Positions 47,292-47,548 of a stretch of DNA of 47,548 nt are shown here, one piece after another (within the stretch, counting starts at the first letter, position 1; every line of letters begins with the position of its first letter). This DNA is from a phage. Below the pieces are notes generated by a model that was not told where the DNA came from, made no database searches, and saw only the letters and a list, made by a program, of their open reading frames with translations. The stretch lies in the NCBI GenBank assembly GCA_012145005.1, contig GCA_012145005.1_3029.1; one strand, written 5' to 3'. A program made the position numbers and the translations under genes.

Positions 47292-47548
47292 ATGTATAGT
47301 TCTGAATTTTCATATTTAAAAATGGAAAAAATTTCATACGATTTTATAGATGAAAAGGTTTATTACAGTTTCCATGAACCGCGTTTTAATAGTGAGGTTG
47401 GGTTTATTGTAGTAAAAGACAATTTCATTTTAAAGATATATTCGGCATTAAAGGATTTTCACTACGAAAATATTAACCTAAAATTTGATAAAGAAAACGT
47501 TCGTAATTGTGCAGTAACAATTACAGGAAATAAAGGTACATGTGTTAT
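47292..47548 (+). CDS. 5' part of hypothetical protein, possible paralog of previous (runs off window)
   Basis: open frame from ATG 47292 to window end; VKDN motif shared with previous gene. Confidence 0.35.
   Translation, partial: MYSSEFSYLKMEKISYDFIDEKVYYSFHEPRFNSEVGFIVVKDNFILKIYSALKDFHYENINLKFDKENVRNCAVTITGNKGTCV

Overview
This window is a contiguous early-gene segment of a T4-like (T-even) lytic myovirus, with every supportable gene on the + strand. I recognise, in order: nudE, lysozyme e, denV, an internal head protein, a GrcA-like glycyl-radical protein, regB, tk, rI, nrdC, pin, gene 49, nrdD (intron-free), nrdG, gene 55, alpha-glucosyltransferase, genes 47 and 46, rpbA, genes 45, 44, 62, regA, 43, imm, 42, a GT-A glycosyltransferase where T4 has beta-gt, uvsX, 40, 41 and sp. 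Identifications rest on recalled T4 protein sequences and motifs read from the ORF track; no searches were run. Regulatory signals are dense: twelve T4-type early promoters (GTTTAC, 17 bp, TAnnAT), TATAAATA late promoters, and about ten CUUCGG-type stem-loops. The most interesting part is the hyperplastic region at about 9.8-20.5 kb, built from stem-loop plus early-promoter cassettes that share reshuffled segments. It carries a 161-aa protein with an R-S-E ADP-ribosyltransferase signature, a Pol-beta-superfamily nucleotidyltransferase, an AAA+ ATPase and four tandem coiled-coil paralogs. Start codons were adjusted from the ORF track where an RBS-backed internal start avoids a promoter or terminator; regulatory coordinates are hand-indexed and may be off by 1-2 nt. 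No tRNA, CRISPR, integrase or homing-endonuclease gene is supported.
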